A stretch of 62,190 nucleotides of DNA from a virus (Duplodnaviria; Caudoviricetes). This document shows positions 45,522 to 60,500 of the stretch, one piece after another. The stretch is taken from positions 1 to 62,190 of the IMG/VR virus record IMGVR_UViG_3300031787_000118; one strand, 5' to 3'. The first letter of the stretch is position 1. Every line of letters begins with the position of its first letter. The notes under the pieces are model-generated. The model searched no databases and had not been told where the DNA came from. It worked only from the letters and a program-made list of their open reading frames with translations. The position numbers were made by a program, and so were the translations under genes.

Positions 45522-48500
45522 ATGAATCCTGATAACGGCGAACTTGCAAATCAAAATACCAATCCTATTACCTCTCCTTCACAAGAACCATTAACTATAA
45601 ATGTTAATGGTAAAGAAGTTGTTATTAATCCAAACCAAGTAGCTACTGGTATTGTAGAAAATGGAGTATCTAAATCTAAGATGGCAGATGTATCTTGGAG
45701 TACTGGTAGTAAATCTAATGACCAAATTCAATCTGAACTTAAAGGATATGAAGCAAAGTTTGAAAGAGAAAATAAGATAGCAGAAGCTGATGGTGTTTTA
45801 GAAACAGCAGGTAAGTTTACTGAATCATTTTTAACATCAATGGCAGCAGGTATGTGGGATATTGCAAGTGCATTTGATGTGGGAGATTGGAGATTACCTG
45901 AAATGTATGGTGCTGGAACTGCTATGAATTCTGTATTCAAAGCAGTTGACAATACTATTGGTGATGGTGAAAAAGAAGTAGGTAACTGGTTTTCAAGAAG
46001 AGCTGCACTTATCAGAGAAGAGAGTGCTATCAATGATAAGATGAATACAGGTAACTCTTATGTTGATTATGGGTTAGGTATGGTTGCAAATGTAGGTGGT
46101 TCTATTGCAGGTATGGGTGGAGCATTGAAAATGTTAGGTATGGGAATGCATGCTTTAAGAGCAGGTAAAACATTAAATACTATTACAGGTACTGTAGCTG
46201 CTACTTATGGTACTGCATTTTCAATTGCTGAAGGAGTTAAAGATGAAGTTTATCAAAGAACACTTCATGACCTTGCTCCTGATTTAAAATCACTAGAACA
46301 AAATACTCATGGAGAAACTTATAATAAAGCTCTTGATGAAGGTAAGTCAGCAGAAGAAGCAGAGTATTTAGCAAGACAAGCAGTTAAAACTGTAAGGGAT
46401 GAGTATGCAAAATCAAATCCTTTACTTCATGAAGCTGCTATGAGTAGTGCAATGAAAGGTGCTGATGCTGCTATTAAATTTTCTACTATTGGTTTCTTAC
46501 TCAACATGGGTCAAGCTACTCAATTTATTAAAGGACACTATGCTTCAAGAAAAGTATTAGAAAGTGCATCTACATTTTCTACTAAAGAAATATTAAAAGA
46601 AGCAGGTCAAGAAGCTATTGAAGAAGGTATTGTAGAAGGAATAGCTGAAGACTATGGTGTTAACTATGGAATGAAAGGAGAGTATGGAGTTAATGATGCT
46701 CTTAAAAAGATTTGGAGTTTAGAAACTCTTGAGTCTATGGTTATTGGTGGACTTGCAGGTGGAGGTATGGCAGCATTAGCACAATACTCTAACAAGAATA
46801 TTAAAGGTGAAGATGGATTAACACATGCTGAAAGATATCAAAAACAACAAGGTTATATTAAAAAGTGGAATGAGATTGGTGCAACTGTTGGGCAACCTGA
46901 CATGATTGACCAATTAACTACTCTTAATAAAAACTCTCTTGAACTTACAGAAATTGTTAAAGAACAAAAGAAATTAGTAGCTCAAGGAAAAGAAGAAGAA
47001 GCAAAAGCATTAGGTTCTAAGATACTTTCAGTACAAGCATCTCAAGCATTTGCATCAGGCACAACTGCATCACTTATAGAAAACTATGAGAAGATTGCAA
47101 GAGATAGTAGTTTTAAACCTGAAGTAAGACAAAGAGCACAAGAAGCTTTAGTTCAAATTAAAGACATGGAAAAGGTTTATAACAAATCTTTATCTTATTC
47201 TAATGGCTCTGATATTTATTCTAACAGAGTTAATGATTATTCTTTGTCTAAAGCTGAACAAGAACTTAAAAATAAAATTATTGAAAAGAAACTTGAAGCA
47301 AATACTGCAATTGAATCTTCATTGAGAAGTGGAGAAACAAGTTTAAAAGTTAAAGATACTTTAAAGGTAGTTGATGAATACAATCAAAGAGTTGTAGATG
47401 AAGAGGTAGATAGAGATTTGAGTTATAACTTAGATACTTTGTTTGAAAATCCTTATACAAATCAAACTGAAGCTGATGCTTACAGTTCATTTAAAGACTA
47501 TGCTTCTAAAAACATTCAAGCTGTAAGAGAACTATTAGATTTACAAGGTCAACTTAAAACTATTCAACAACATAAAGACGAAAACAATAAAACATATAAT
47601 AAGATAACTTCTAAGCAATTTCAAAGAAGTTTAAAATTCCAAGATTCATTAACTCGTGATATCAGGTCTAATAAAGAAACTATGGATTCTTTTAAAGGTA
47701 CTGATAAGTTTATGCCTTATCTTGATAACATACTTAAAAAGTATAAAGGTAAAATTGATGATTCCACTTTGGAATACATCAAGGATAGGTATGAGTTAGA
47801 AAATGAAGTTACTAAGGAAGCATCTAAAAAAGCACAAACTGAAGCTGTTAGTAAAGCATTAGGTAAGAAGGGGGAAGAGAATAAACAAGTTGCACCTACT
47901 ACTAAGACTGATGATAAACAAACTGTAGAAACTATTGCAACTAAAGTTAATTCAGGAATTGAATTGAGTAAAGATGAAAAAGAATTCTATACTCAATTCC
48001 CAACTCAAATTGATGATAGACTCAAACAATTAAAAACAAGTACTGAAGGGGAAGGTTCTCAATCAGGTACTATGCAAACTAATGAAGATTTAGAAGTTGA
48101 TGGTCAAGACACTCTCAACCCTGAAAGACAATTAGTAGCTACAAAGCTCAACAATATTACAAGTATTGTTGAGGATAGTTTGTTTGAGGAAGAAGCAGAA
48201 ACAGTAGAAACTTTAAGTCCTGCACTTACAAGTAAAGTAGATAAAATTAAATCTGACCCTTCATTTATACAAGATGGAGTATATAAAACATCTGCACTTA
48301 AAAGATTCTTAGGTAAAGATTTTGATACTGTAATGGATTCATTAATGAAAACAGGTACAGTAGAATTTGATGGTACTAATTATGTAGTTGCAGGTAAACA
48401 AACTGCTAAAGTTACACCTAATAACAATGATATTCAAATAGCTAAAATTGAAAGTAGAAGATTAGAAGAATTAAATGCTACTAAAAAAATAGGAGAAGAT

Positions 48501-51500
48501 AATCTTAAAGAAGGTAGAAAACTTACTAAAAAAATAGTTGAATCATTAAAACAAAGGTACCCTGTAACTTCTGCAAAAGGTATTATAATTAGAATTTTAG
48601 AAAAATTAATTGATTTTAACAAATACTCTACAATTGTAGATTCTAAATATATTAATGGTCAAGGAGCAAGTGGTCAAGCTACATGGTTTGGTATGATGAT
48701 TTCTCAAGAAACTCTTGATGGAATTTTAGAAGGTAAGGAACATGAAGTTCACACCTTTATACATGAATTCATACATGGTTTCACTACATCTAAAATATCA
48801 GATTATAATATTGAAAAGCTTGGTTTAATACCTGGTTTTAAATCTAAACTTACAAGTAAAGAAAAAAATGCAATAGAGCAACTTCAAAGAATATTTGAAA
48901 AAGTTAAAAGAGATAATCCTAATCTTAAAGAATATGGATTTACTAATTTAGATGAATTTATTGCAGAAGCATTTAGTAATGAAAGTTTCCAATACACTTT
49001 AAAAAATACAAAATCAGAAGGTAAAAAATCTAATTTATTTGTAGAATTTATAAATGCTATTGGTGATATATTATTTGAACAATTAGAAAGATGGGCTAAA
49101 AGACAAAATAAAGAAATTCCAAATAGAGAAACTATTACAGGAATTTTAGAAGATGTATTAGCTTGGACAGAAGAATTGATTGACCAAAATAATAAACTTG
49201 CTTACATTGGAACTGCTGAAGAAATCAATGCAAAATATGATGCAGAAATAAAAGCATTAGGAAATACTAATCAAAGTACTAAACCCACCACAAAACCAAA
49301 TACAGGATTAAGTGGATTAGCAATATCTATTATTAACTCCCCAAGTTTTCAAGAAACACTTGAAGATAGATATGAGTTAAGAGTAAATTTAGATGATGAT
49401 GCTTTTAGTGATGCAGATGGTAATTTGAATTCAGCAGGTCAAGCACAAGAAGCAGGTTTCAATGAGATTAAAGAAGCAATTGATAAAGGAGAAATTACAG
49501 GTATCAAAGCTATTAGAAGAGGTAACTCTTCTATCATTACTTATGTTAAAACTAATGTTCCTGTAAGTTATGACCCTGATGAAATCTCTTATGAACCTGA
49601 TGAAATTAAAAAAGATTTAAGTGCTGAAGTTAAAGAACAAGTAAGAGAACAAGTTGAATCTTATGTAATTTCATTAGAAGGTGATTTAGGTAGAACTCCT
49701 ACATTTGAAGAGTTTATCAAAGACTATATTAAAAATGGAGGTAGAACAAATACTGATAAGTTATTTAATGTACTTATAAAAGGTTGGGAATTAAATAATT
49801 ATCCTAAATCTGATTACTCTTCTATTTATAATAAATTATTTAAGGATAGAAAACAAATGGCTAATTCATTATTAGAATTAGCTGAACAAGTTATTACACC
49901 TCAAACCAAAGAAGAAATATCTGAACAAATAAAAGAAGAAGCTAAGACTCCAACTCAAGAAAAGAAAGTAATAGCTATTAGTCCTGAAGGTAAAGTTAGA
50001 TATGAACATTTAACTATGACTTCTGAAGATACAAGACCTAAGTTAGGTTACTCTTCAAGAAAAGCTGCTCCTGTATTTTATACTGAACAAGATGGAGATA
50101 TGCAAGTTATTCAAACTGATTTTGAATATACAGAAGAAGGTTTGAGTGAAAGTGATTTGGTTAAAAGTTTAAAACTTCTTAACCCTGATAAATATTTGCC
50201 AGGTGAAGAACTTGAAGTTGTAATTCCAACAGGAGCTACACTAATGAATATGACTATTCCTGTATATAATGATGAAGGAATAAGGGCAGGTGAAACTACA
50301 TTTGGTGAATGGTTAAAAGGAAAGTTGTTAGAAAATCCTGACTTTGAAAGTACTCAAGAATATGAGGATAGAGTACCAATGTTAGTTAAAGATAATGAAG
50401 GTGATTATGTTGCTTATGTACATGAACCTGAATGGTATCATCCTTTAAAGTTTAGAGGTGATGTAAGAGAAGCACAACATAATGCAAGAGTTATTAGAAA
50501 GATGGCAATGAAAGCCAACAAAGAAGGTAACTCTGCTAAATTGAAAATTACTTCTAATCAAGGAGGTATGTTTCAACCTATGATTATTCCTAATACTCAA
50601 CCTTGGGTTAAGTTAAAAGATGCTAATCCACAAGCTAAATCAGGTATTGTTAAAAACAATGAAATACTTATAGATGGAAAACCATTTAAAGGTATTCTTG
50701 TAAATGAAAAAGATTTTTTAACAAATACAAATAACAAACCTGTAGATGTTAGAAGATGGGGAACTGATGAAAATGGTAATCCTACTTATAGAGCATTTCA
50801 ATCTACTATGCAACCTATTGAAAATGAACAAGTTGAAACTGTTTATCAAGCAGTATTAACTTATCTTTTTAATAAATCTTATAGTAAAGAACCTATTGCA
50901 TTAGAATATAAGAAAGTAAAAGATATAGTACAAAATACATTAGGTGCTAACTTTAATCTTGGTGACTATACAAATCTTGATAACTTTTTGAAACTATTCA
51001 TAATGGTTTCAAATAAGAAAATGGATTCAAATTTGACTGAAGCTCAAATTGCAGGAGTAATGAAAGCTGACCCTTATGTAGGAAAAGGATTACCTTATAT
51101 TTTTACTTATCAAGGAGGAAATGTAGTATTTGGTGTAGGTGGAGAAGCTACTGCATATAAAATAGCTCCTTCAGATTTGAAAAATGGAATAAGTGGACAA
51201 GTTCAATCTAAGTTAGATGAATTAAAAAGAATACTTCCAATGTTTAATCAAAACATTGGAATGATAGGTGGTGCAACTTATAATGGGAAAGTATTACATA
51301 TTGACAATAAAGGTAATGTAAATACTGTTAGTCCTACTTACTCTAAATACATTGGTGATAAATACTACACTAATGTAATGTCACATAATATTGGTACTGA
51401 TGACAAACCTAACTATGTTACAAGAATTCAACCTTCTATTTATTTTGAACCTACAGGTGAATTAAGTAGAAAGAAAGAAGCTGTAATTGCAAGTAAAGAA

Positions 51501-54500
51501 GAAGTAACTGAAACTAAAAAACAACAAGTAACTAATACTGTTGAAGTGTTAGAAAATGTTGAATTAGAAGAAGTTGTAACTAAGTTAGAAGAGAAAGATT
51601 GGAAGTTTGCAGGAGATACATTAGAAGAAAAAGTAGAAGACTTAAAAGAATTGTTATCTACTCAAAATCAAGAAGCTGTTGAAATTGTAGAAACTATAAA
51701 GCAGGATGATGACTATCATAGAACTATCAAGAAAGCATATAACCAAGTAAAATGGGTAGATGAATATTTTGATAACTCTGATGATTTATCTTATGAACCT
51801 GTAGAAATTCAAACAGAAGAAGTTAAGGAAATGACTAAGGATTTATTTAAAATCCCTGGATTATCTCCTAACCACCAATCACAACTTGTTGATTTTGTTT
51901 TCAATAGTGCATCACAAGAATTTTCATTTGACTATGAAGAAGCTGTTGATAAAGATAAACTTAAATCAGGTGTTACTAAAAAGTTATTTGCAAGTTTAGA
52001 TGCAAATCTTCAAAACTTAAATTCTACTTTAGAGGAATTAAGAAAGTTAGAAAGTAATAATGTAGTTGATTCTCTTATTAAGAAATATGAAACTGCTATT
52101 GATAAGATTAATTTAGTTAAAGATAACTCTGATATTATTGCAGAAGAAGGTTTAAATAAACTATTCAAATATGCAAACATCAAAGTAACTGAAATTAAAA
52201 ATGAAGAAGGTGATGTAGTACAAGTAGTTGAAGAAGGAACAGATTCTAATACTGATAATGAAAAAGAAACTAATGAAGATGAAAACTCTGCATTATCATT
52301 TGATGAAGTATCTACAGAAAGAGAAGATAACTATTCTCAAACATCTTTAGAAAAGAATCCTAAGAATAGTGTAACTAAAGAACTTAGATTGTTTATGTCT
52401 GCTGTTGAAGACATAAACCCTAAAACCCAACTCCCAAATACAGGAGTTATGGGAGTGCCCCTCTATGTAGGATTTGATTCAGTTTATGATACTGTACAAA
52501 GTTTCTTAGCTGATTCTCCTTCTGACTTTAATACAATGGTTGGTATTTTAGAATTACATAAAGATTCTCATGCTTGGATGCCTACATTAATTGAAAGGTT
52601 AAAGAATGCAGATAATCAAGTTAAGAAACAGTTTGTACTTACAATGGGTACCCATGCTCTTAAAATGGAATTCTTAATGTACTCTTTCAATACTAAAGAT
52701 GGTACATATTCTTTGAAAGTAATGGACACTAACAGTTCTGCTATTACTAAGAAGATTGAACAAATGTGGAAAAATAACTTACTCTCTTCCTCTATTGTAA
52801 CAATGGAAGATGGTCAGTATGTTACTAATGTTGAAGTAGCTAAAGAACTTTATAACCAATATAACTCTTGGGTAGAATCTCCTGAAAAACTAAAAAGTAA
52901 ATATAACAGCCTTTTACCTTTATTTAAAGGTAAGGTTAAGAAAGGTGAAACCACTACAATAACTTTCAGTGAACATTCTGCAATAGATAAGAAGTATGTT
53001 GCTACAGGAATATTAAAAGACATTGAGGGTGGTAGGTTAATAACTATTAACCAAGAAGAATATGTTATCTCTAAATCAGGTGATAACCAAATAACTATTA
53101 AACCATTTGAAAGAAGTGTAGTAGGTAAAGCTATTTCTAAATACCAATCTCTTACACCTGAAGAACAAGCTTCTGCAATTGAAGAAGTACAAGTTTGGTT
53201 TAATAACTTTGGAATTGAATTAGCTGATAATGCTATTGACCACATATTTAGAAATGGATTATATACTAACAATGGTGCATTGAGTGTTAGTCAATTCTTT
53301 GAAGAAAGTAGTGCAACAAGTTCTCCTATGGGAATCTTAGCATCATGGTTAAATGGTGTAGTTTCAGGTAACATTGGTACAGATATATTTGATGAAAATA
53401 ATGAAAAGAATAATCCTTTAAGAGATTATTCAATTGAAAAAACATTAACTAAACATCAAAGTAAATATACTAAAGCAATTGTAACTAATTCATTTAGAGA
53501 TGGTAAGAAATCTATATTTGGATTTACTGCTACTAAATTTATTACTGATAGATTCCAAGATTTAAAAACTAATGAAGAACTTCGAGGACAGTTAGGTTCT
53601 TTATCATTCTCTAAACATTCTATGTGGTTAGAGTTTATGGGTACTGAACTCTTAAATAAGTTTAACTTATCACATCTTGGATTAACTGCAATTGCAGAGT
53701 TTGGTAAAAAGAATTATAAGGATAATAGTATCACAAGTTTAAGTGATGCAGACCATGAACTTATTAAGATAGGTATGTTTCAAGATGTAAAACAAGGAGC
53801 TACATCTAAAACTTATGGTAGTATGAATATTGGTTTAAGAGTTGCAAAGTTCTTATTCCCTACAATGTCTGATAAAACTACAATGACTGTAGTTCAAACT
53901 CCTGTAATTGATTTAACTGAAACAAGATTGTACTTAGATAATGCAGAAACATTACAAGAACCTGTACTTAATATTGTATTTCAACAAACTGTATTACCTG
54001 AAATTGAAAGGATTATTAACTTTAAAAATAATGTAAAGAAAACTAATATCAAAAGTTATGATGATGGTGCTAAGATGTTAAGCTTTATGCCATTCTTAAA
54101 TGACTTAGAAATTAAATTGAATGAACAAGTAACAGTTTCCTTGAGAGATTTACTCTTAATGGAAGAAACAACTGTTGAAGATATTTTATCACAAAAGGTT
54201 AGAAATCAAATCATGGGTGAAATTCAAAACTATTTGAATAAACTTATGAATGATAAAGTAGAAGTATGGAAAAACAATGGATATATAGTTGAGGAAGAAG
54301 GAGTTAAGAAGATTAAATTTATGGATGGAAAGTATCTATCTAAAATTGAAACTGATAACTTTGATGAAAAAATGAAAATAGCTGCTTATGATTTTGTAGT
54401 AAACAATGTTATAAGTAATGCTAATGCTTTTATGACTATCATTGGTGACCCTGCATTATATTATAAATCTAATACTTCTAAAGATTTTATAGCTCAAAGT

Positions 54501-57500
54501 GAAGAAACTTTTATCAATGTTGGTAAGAGGTTAGCTGCTATGATAGCACCTGGTTCTAAAATAGCAGATTCACAAAATGAACAATACTTACAAGTGTTCT
54601 TAAAAGATAAAGTATCTTTATCTGAAAACATTGATTTCTTATGTAAGCTTTTAGATGGTAAAGCATTTGACACAAATGAATACAACAGAGTAATGTCATT
54701 ACCTGAAAAGGGTGAATCTGAATTACAATCTAAGAAACTACAAGTAGAAAAGAAAAGACAAATAGATGCATTTTATAATCAATATCCTAACTCAAATGGT
54801 TACTTTGACATAGAAGGAACTGATGCTCAAGAATATACTACTTGGCAAGAACACTTACACATTTTAGAACAAATGGGTAGAGTAAGTGATAATGCTGCTT
54901 CTATTACTCCTGATGAAATAAGAGAAGCTAAAGAAATGTTTGCAAGTGGAATCAGTATTGATAACATGAGTTCTGCACAAAAAGAAGTGTTGAAGAAAGT
55001 ACTTCAACCTATTAAACCTGTATATACAGGACAGATATATGATGCTGACCAAGATGTTATGAGAATGATGTACATTAAAAGTTCATCATTCCCTCTTATT
55101 CCACAATTAACTGAAGGGTTAGAAATCAATAAGTTAAGAGTTGGATTAGAGAAAATGCAAGAAACTACTGGTAAAAAAGTAAGAGCATCTTATCAAACTG
55201 CAAATAAAGTTGGAGCATTAACTACTCCTCTAAGTCTTTTTAATGCTGATGGTAGTATTAAAGAAATTACAGAAGATAACCTTAAAGCTTCAACACTTAC
55301 TCTTAATAGAAAAGATTTTAAAATTCAGTTAGATGTACCTTTTAAATCTCTTAAAAGAAATGAAGACACTGTTACTTTAGGTACTCAGTTAACTAAACTT
55401 CTTTTTGGTAATGGTATCATGGATGAAGTTGGATTCATGTTAGATGGTAAACCACTTTCAGGTAAAGCACTTGAAAAAGAATATACTGATACATTTATTC
55501 AATTAGCTAATCTTAAAAAGAAAAAACTATATAATGAATTAGGAATTGATGAGTTAACAGGAGAACCTATTGACTTACAAAAAACTGCAATTAAACTTCA
55601 AAAGCTACTCAAGGATGAAGCTATAAGTAAAGGTTACTCTAAGCAAGATATTGAAGCTTTAGAGTTAGAACCTGTATATAGTGGTGGTAAACTGATAGAT
55701 ATTAAATTTAAAATGCCTTTGTGGGTATCTGCAAATGCTAACAGATTTGAATCTTTACTCAATGCTATTGTTACTAACAGACTTGTTAAGATGAAGTTTC
55801 CTGGTAATTCTTATGTAGTTGGTTCAGAAGAAGGATTTAGATTTCAAGATAACTTAGAAGGAGTAGATAAAAATAAAATTGTATGGACTAATAAATGGAC
55901 AGGTAAATTACAAGCAGCTAAATATGATGCTAAAGGTAATTTAATGTACACTCAAGTATTGGCACCATCTAAGTTTAGAGATGCAAAAGGTAAGTTAATT
56001 GACTTACTTGCTAAGGATAAAGATGGTACATATAAATATGTAACTCAAACAGGTAAAGGATTTATCATAAAGAATGATAAGTTCTCTGAAGAGTTATTGT
56101 CTATAACTTCTTTTAGGATTCCAACATCAGGTCACGTATCTGCATCTCAAATTGAGATTGTAGGTTTCTTACCTCAAGAAGTTGGTGACTTGATGATTGT
56201 ACCAAGAAACTTAACTAAACAAAAAGGTCTTGACTTTGACATTGATAAAGAAAACACTTATCAATTATGGCACATTGAAACTGAAAATGGATTTAGACCT
56301 CTTCAGGAAGGTGATGATGTACCTAACATTAAAGAGAAACTATTACAAAATAAACTTGTAAACATTCATAAGTCTGTTTTATCTAATCCTTCCACTAATG
56401 TTCAAAAGAAAATCAATGGTATTCTTTCTATTAAATTTGCTCAAGACCAATCAGAAATGATTAATGAATGGGTTGAAGGAAATAAAGATAAAAAGTATTT
56501 TACTCCACTTAGTGATGAATACCAAAAATCTAAAATGTTTTTGGGAGCAAGTGGTAAAGTAGGTACAGGTGCATATTCTTTAGATGTAACTTCACATTCA
56601 TTATTTGAACAAGCTAAAGCTAAAGGTACTCCTTTAAGATTGATTGATGAAAATACTTTCATTATGAGTTTTGGAGATAAGTACAAATCAACAGGAGAAT
56701 TGGGAGAATCTAAAACTATTGATGGTGATAGAAAAATAGCTGAAGTATTAGCTGAAAGACAAAACATTGCAGTAGATAATGAGAAAGAACAAGTAATGGG
56801 TAAAGTTAATCTTAATGGTTTAACTTTAGATGTAGATAAGGTATTGTGCATGTTAGGATTTGATAAAGGAGAAGATGGTAATTCTATTCCTTTCCTGTTC
56901 TTATCTCAACCTATTCTTAAAGATTATGTTGCTGAAATGTCTAATGCTTCTGCTAACATTGCAGAATTTTCAAAAGATAAAGAATCTAAAGTTATTCAAA
57001 AACTATTAGAAAAATATGGAGTAGAAGATTTTGAAATGGGATTAGAAACTGATAAAGAGTTTGGTGAAATGATGACCAATATTAAAATGGCATCTGAAAT
57101 TCAAAACAAACCTGATGGAATGTTTCAAGCTGCAATACTTAATAGATTTTTGTTATTAAAGAAATATGGTGCAGAGATTAGAGGTGTACAATCTACAATC
57201 AATATTGACTCAGCAGGTTTAGGTAAATCTGTTGCAGAGAATGCTGAAAAGATGAATACTGTATCTCGTTTATTTAGTAATACAACTATTGAAAATGCAG
57301 GAGCATTATTAGGTCAATCAGTAAGTGAAGAAGATATTACTGCATCTGAAAGACAAGAACTTATCTCTAAAGGTTATGTTCCTTTTATGGGTTTGTTAGT
57401 TAAACCTACAACCATTAACGGTATCTTTACCATTAATGCCTTAACTACTGCTGATAAGTTATGGACTAAACATTTCCCTTATCAAACAAGTGTTATGAAT

Positions 57501-60500
57501 ACCTTGTTTAGTGAGATTATGCCATTGATTTCTAATTCAGAATCTTCTGATGCTAAGAAAGCAGAGAAAAGACAAATTGTAATGAAAGAAGTTAAGAAGT
57601 ATCTTAATACTGTCATGGCTTCTAAAACTATATTTGAAAATACATCTGCACAAGAAGAAAGAAAAAGACTGTTTATTGATAATGATGCTACTAACCATCA
57701 ATCTTTAGCTACTTATCTTAGAGATGCTATTAAACTTCCTGTACTTAATAACAATAAACTGTTACAAAGATTTGAATTTGAAGTAAATAAAGATGGTAAA
57801 CCATCTATCATTAAGTATAACAATGCAGCAGGGGCTTCATTTGATGAAGATTACCTTAATAATGCACTTCTTGAATTAATGGAAAGAAATGTACCTATTT
57901 CATCTTTTAATGGTGAAATATATACAACAAGAAAATTAGCTCAAGACCTTATCACTTATTCTCTGTTAGAGGGTGGAGTACAAGAAGCAATTCAGTTTGC
58001 TAAATTTATTCCTTTAAGATACTTAGATAAGTTAGGGTTTACAACTGCAATGTCTTCTGTAGATTTTAATACTGCAAACAGAACATTTGGTATTAACTTA
58101 TCAGATAAGAAAGAACCTTGGGATGTAAGTACATTTACTATTCAGTTTGCACAAAACAATCCAAGAACTCTTCCTAAATTAGAAAACATTACAAATAAGA
58201 AACCTGAAGAATTAGTGAAGATGGATACATTTAATTTAAGTGCAATCTCTGATGCTCCAGGTGCTAACTTCTTTTCATTAAGACATGATGGTAAATTCCA
58301 TTTATGGCAAAGAGTTGCTAATGATACCTACATCAAAATACCTGTTGTTGGTACTCATGGTATGTCTGAATACAATAATGAAAGAGGAGCAGTTGAAACT
58401 GTTATTAAACCATTAGTTGAAAAAGATAAATCTAAAAAAGGAAATGAACCTAAAGGTGAAACTAAGTTTATAAAACAACAATTGTTTGGAATTGAAGTAG
58501 AACCTACAATGACTGTTTTAAACAATATCATTAAGGATTCAAGTACACCTAATGATGTTAAAGTAATAATGGAAAAGTTATTAGGTGACTTTGACCAAAC
58601 TGTAAAGATTGTAGTAAAAGAAATAAAAGGTAGAGGAGCTTATGATTCTAATACAAATACTATCTTTATTCATCCTGAATATTTAGCTACTGCTTCTAAA
58701 GAAGAATTATCTCGTACTGTTTTAAAAGAAATGGTTCACTCTATTACAGATAAAGAGTTACTTAAATATGCAGATAGAGATGGTAACTTAATTATTGAAG
58801 ATGCACCTAAACACATTGTAGCTTTAACTCAATTGTTTAAAAGAACTAAGGAAATACTTGGTGAAGATAGAATCAATGAAGTAAAGGAAAAGTTCAAAAG
58901 AGATAAAGGATTAGAACCTATTGAAAAAAGAGTAATTTATGGTGGTACAAACTTGTTAGAATTTGTTGAGATGATTATGACTCAACCTGAATTCCAACAA
59001 GAAATGGCTAAACATAAAATGGCTAATGGTAAATCATTACTTGATAAATTTATTGAGTTTGTTTCTAATTTATTAACTGTATTAAATGTACCTTCTGATA
59101 GTATTACATCTGAAGCATTGAATAACATTTTTAACATGATTCAAAAACCTGTTGAAAGTAAAGTTGAATCAACATCAAATTTCAAATTTGCTCAGTTTAG
59201 TGAATTTGAAACAACAGCAGAATTCACAGGTGAACAATATGCAGATGATATGGCATCTCCAGGTGATGTAGTTATTTATAAAAATCAAGAATATTTAGTA
59301 TTAGGATTGTCAGATAATGGAGGTTTAAGACTTATGGATTTTGATGGAAATAAGTTTTCAGGCACACCTCAACCTGATAAAATTGATAAACTTGTAGCAA
59401 TGTTTGACACTATAAAGTTTGAAAATACTGATTATATTGTACTTGATAAAGATAACATTGTATCTACTGCTACAGGTAAAAAAGTATTTACTTCTAATGA
59501 TAACTCTACTGTCACAAGAAAAAGAAAATTGTTAGAACTATTTAATGAAGAAGTTGGATTTTACCCAAGTGTTGAAACTCAAGAATCTAAAACATCTAAT
59601 GCTTTTAAATCATTTACAAAAGATTTATTCTTAGAACTTGATGCAAAAATAAATGAAGATTATGGAAGTGTAAGAGTTACAACTCCAAACATTGCTAAGT
59701 TTCAACAATATCCTTTAATTCAAAAATACTTTAATGCAGGATATGATGTAAGTGTAGATGAATATAACTTCATACAACAAAATACTGAAGAGTTTAATAC
59801 TTTACTTCAAGAGTTAGGTGTATCTGATGTAGTTGAATTAACTGATAAGTTAAAAGATATGAAAGTAGAATCATCAACTCCAACAGTAGAAATTAAACAA
59901 GAAACTAATGTAGAAGAAAAATTAATTGAAAAAGTAGAATCATTAGAAGGTATGAAAAAGTATGAATTATTCCCTGGAGTATTTGCTAATAAAGAACAAA
60001 CAGAAGCAATTGATAAATTAGATGAATTTGTTAAATCTCCTAAATCAGGTTCATTTGTTTTAATTGGTAGAGGTGGTACAGGTAAAACTACTATTGTTAA
60101 AAAGGTTTTAGAAATGAATCCTAATGCAAGAATAGTTGGTGGTACTATGGGTCACAATGCAAAACAAATATTGCAAGAATCTTTAGGTAATAAAGCTAAG
60201 GCATACACAACTGCATCATTAACTGGTAAAAGAGAAGATTTTCAAAATCCTGGTAAGTATATTCAAGATAAGAACTTTGACCCTAACAAATCTCCATTAA
60301 AATATGCTGATGTATTTATCTTAGATGAAACTTCAATGATTGATGAAACAATGATGAAAGAACTTTATGATATTGCAGGAGTTAATACTAAATTTATTTT
60401 CATGGGAGATAATGTACAATTACCACCTATAAGAGAAAAAGGTTCTAAGTTTGAAGGTCAAGATTCTCCTACATTTAAAGAAGGTAAAGGTAACAACTTT

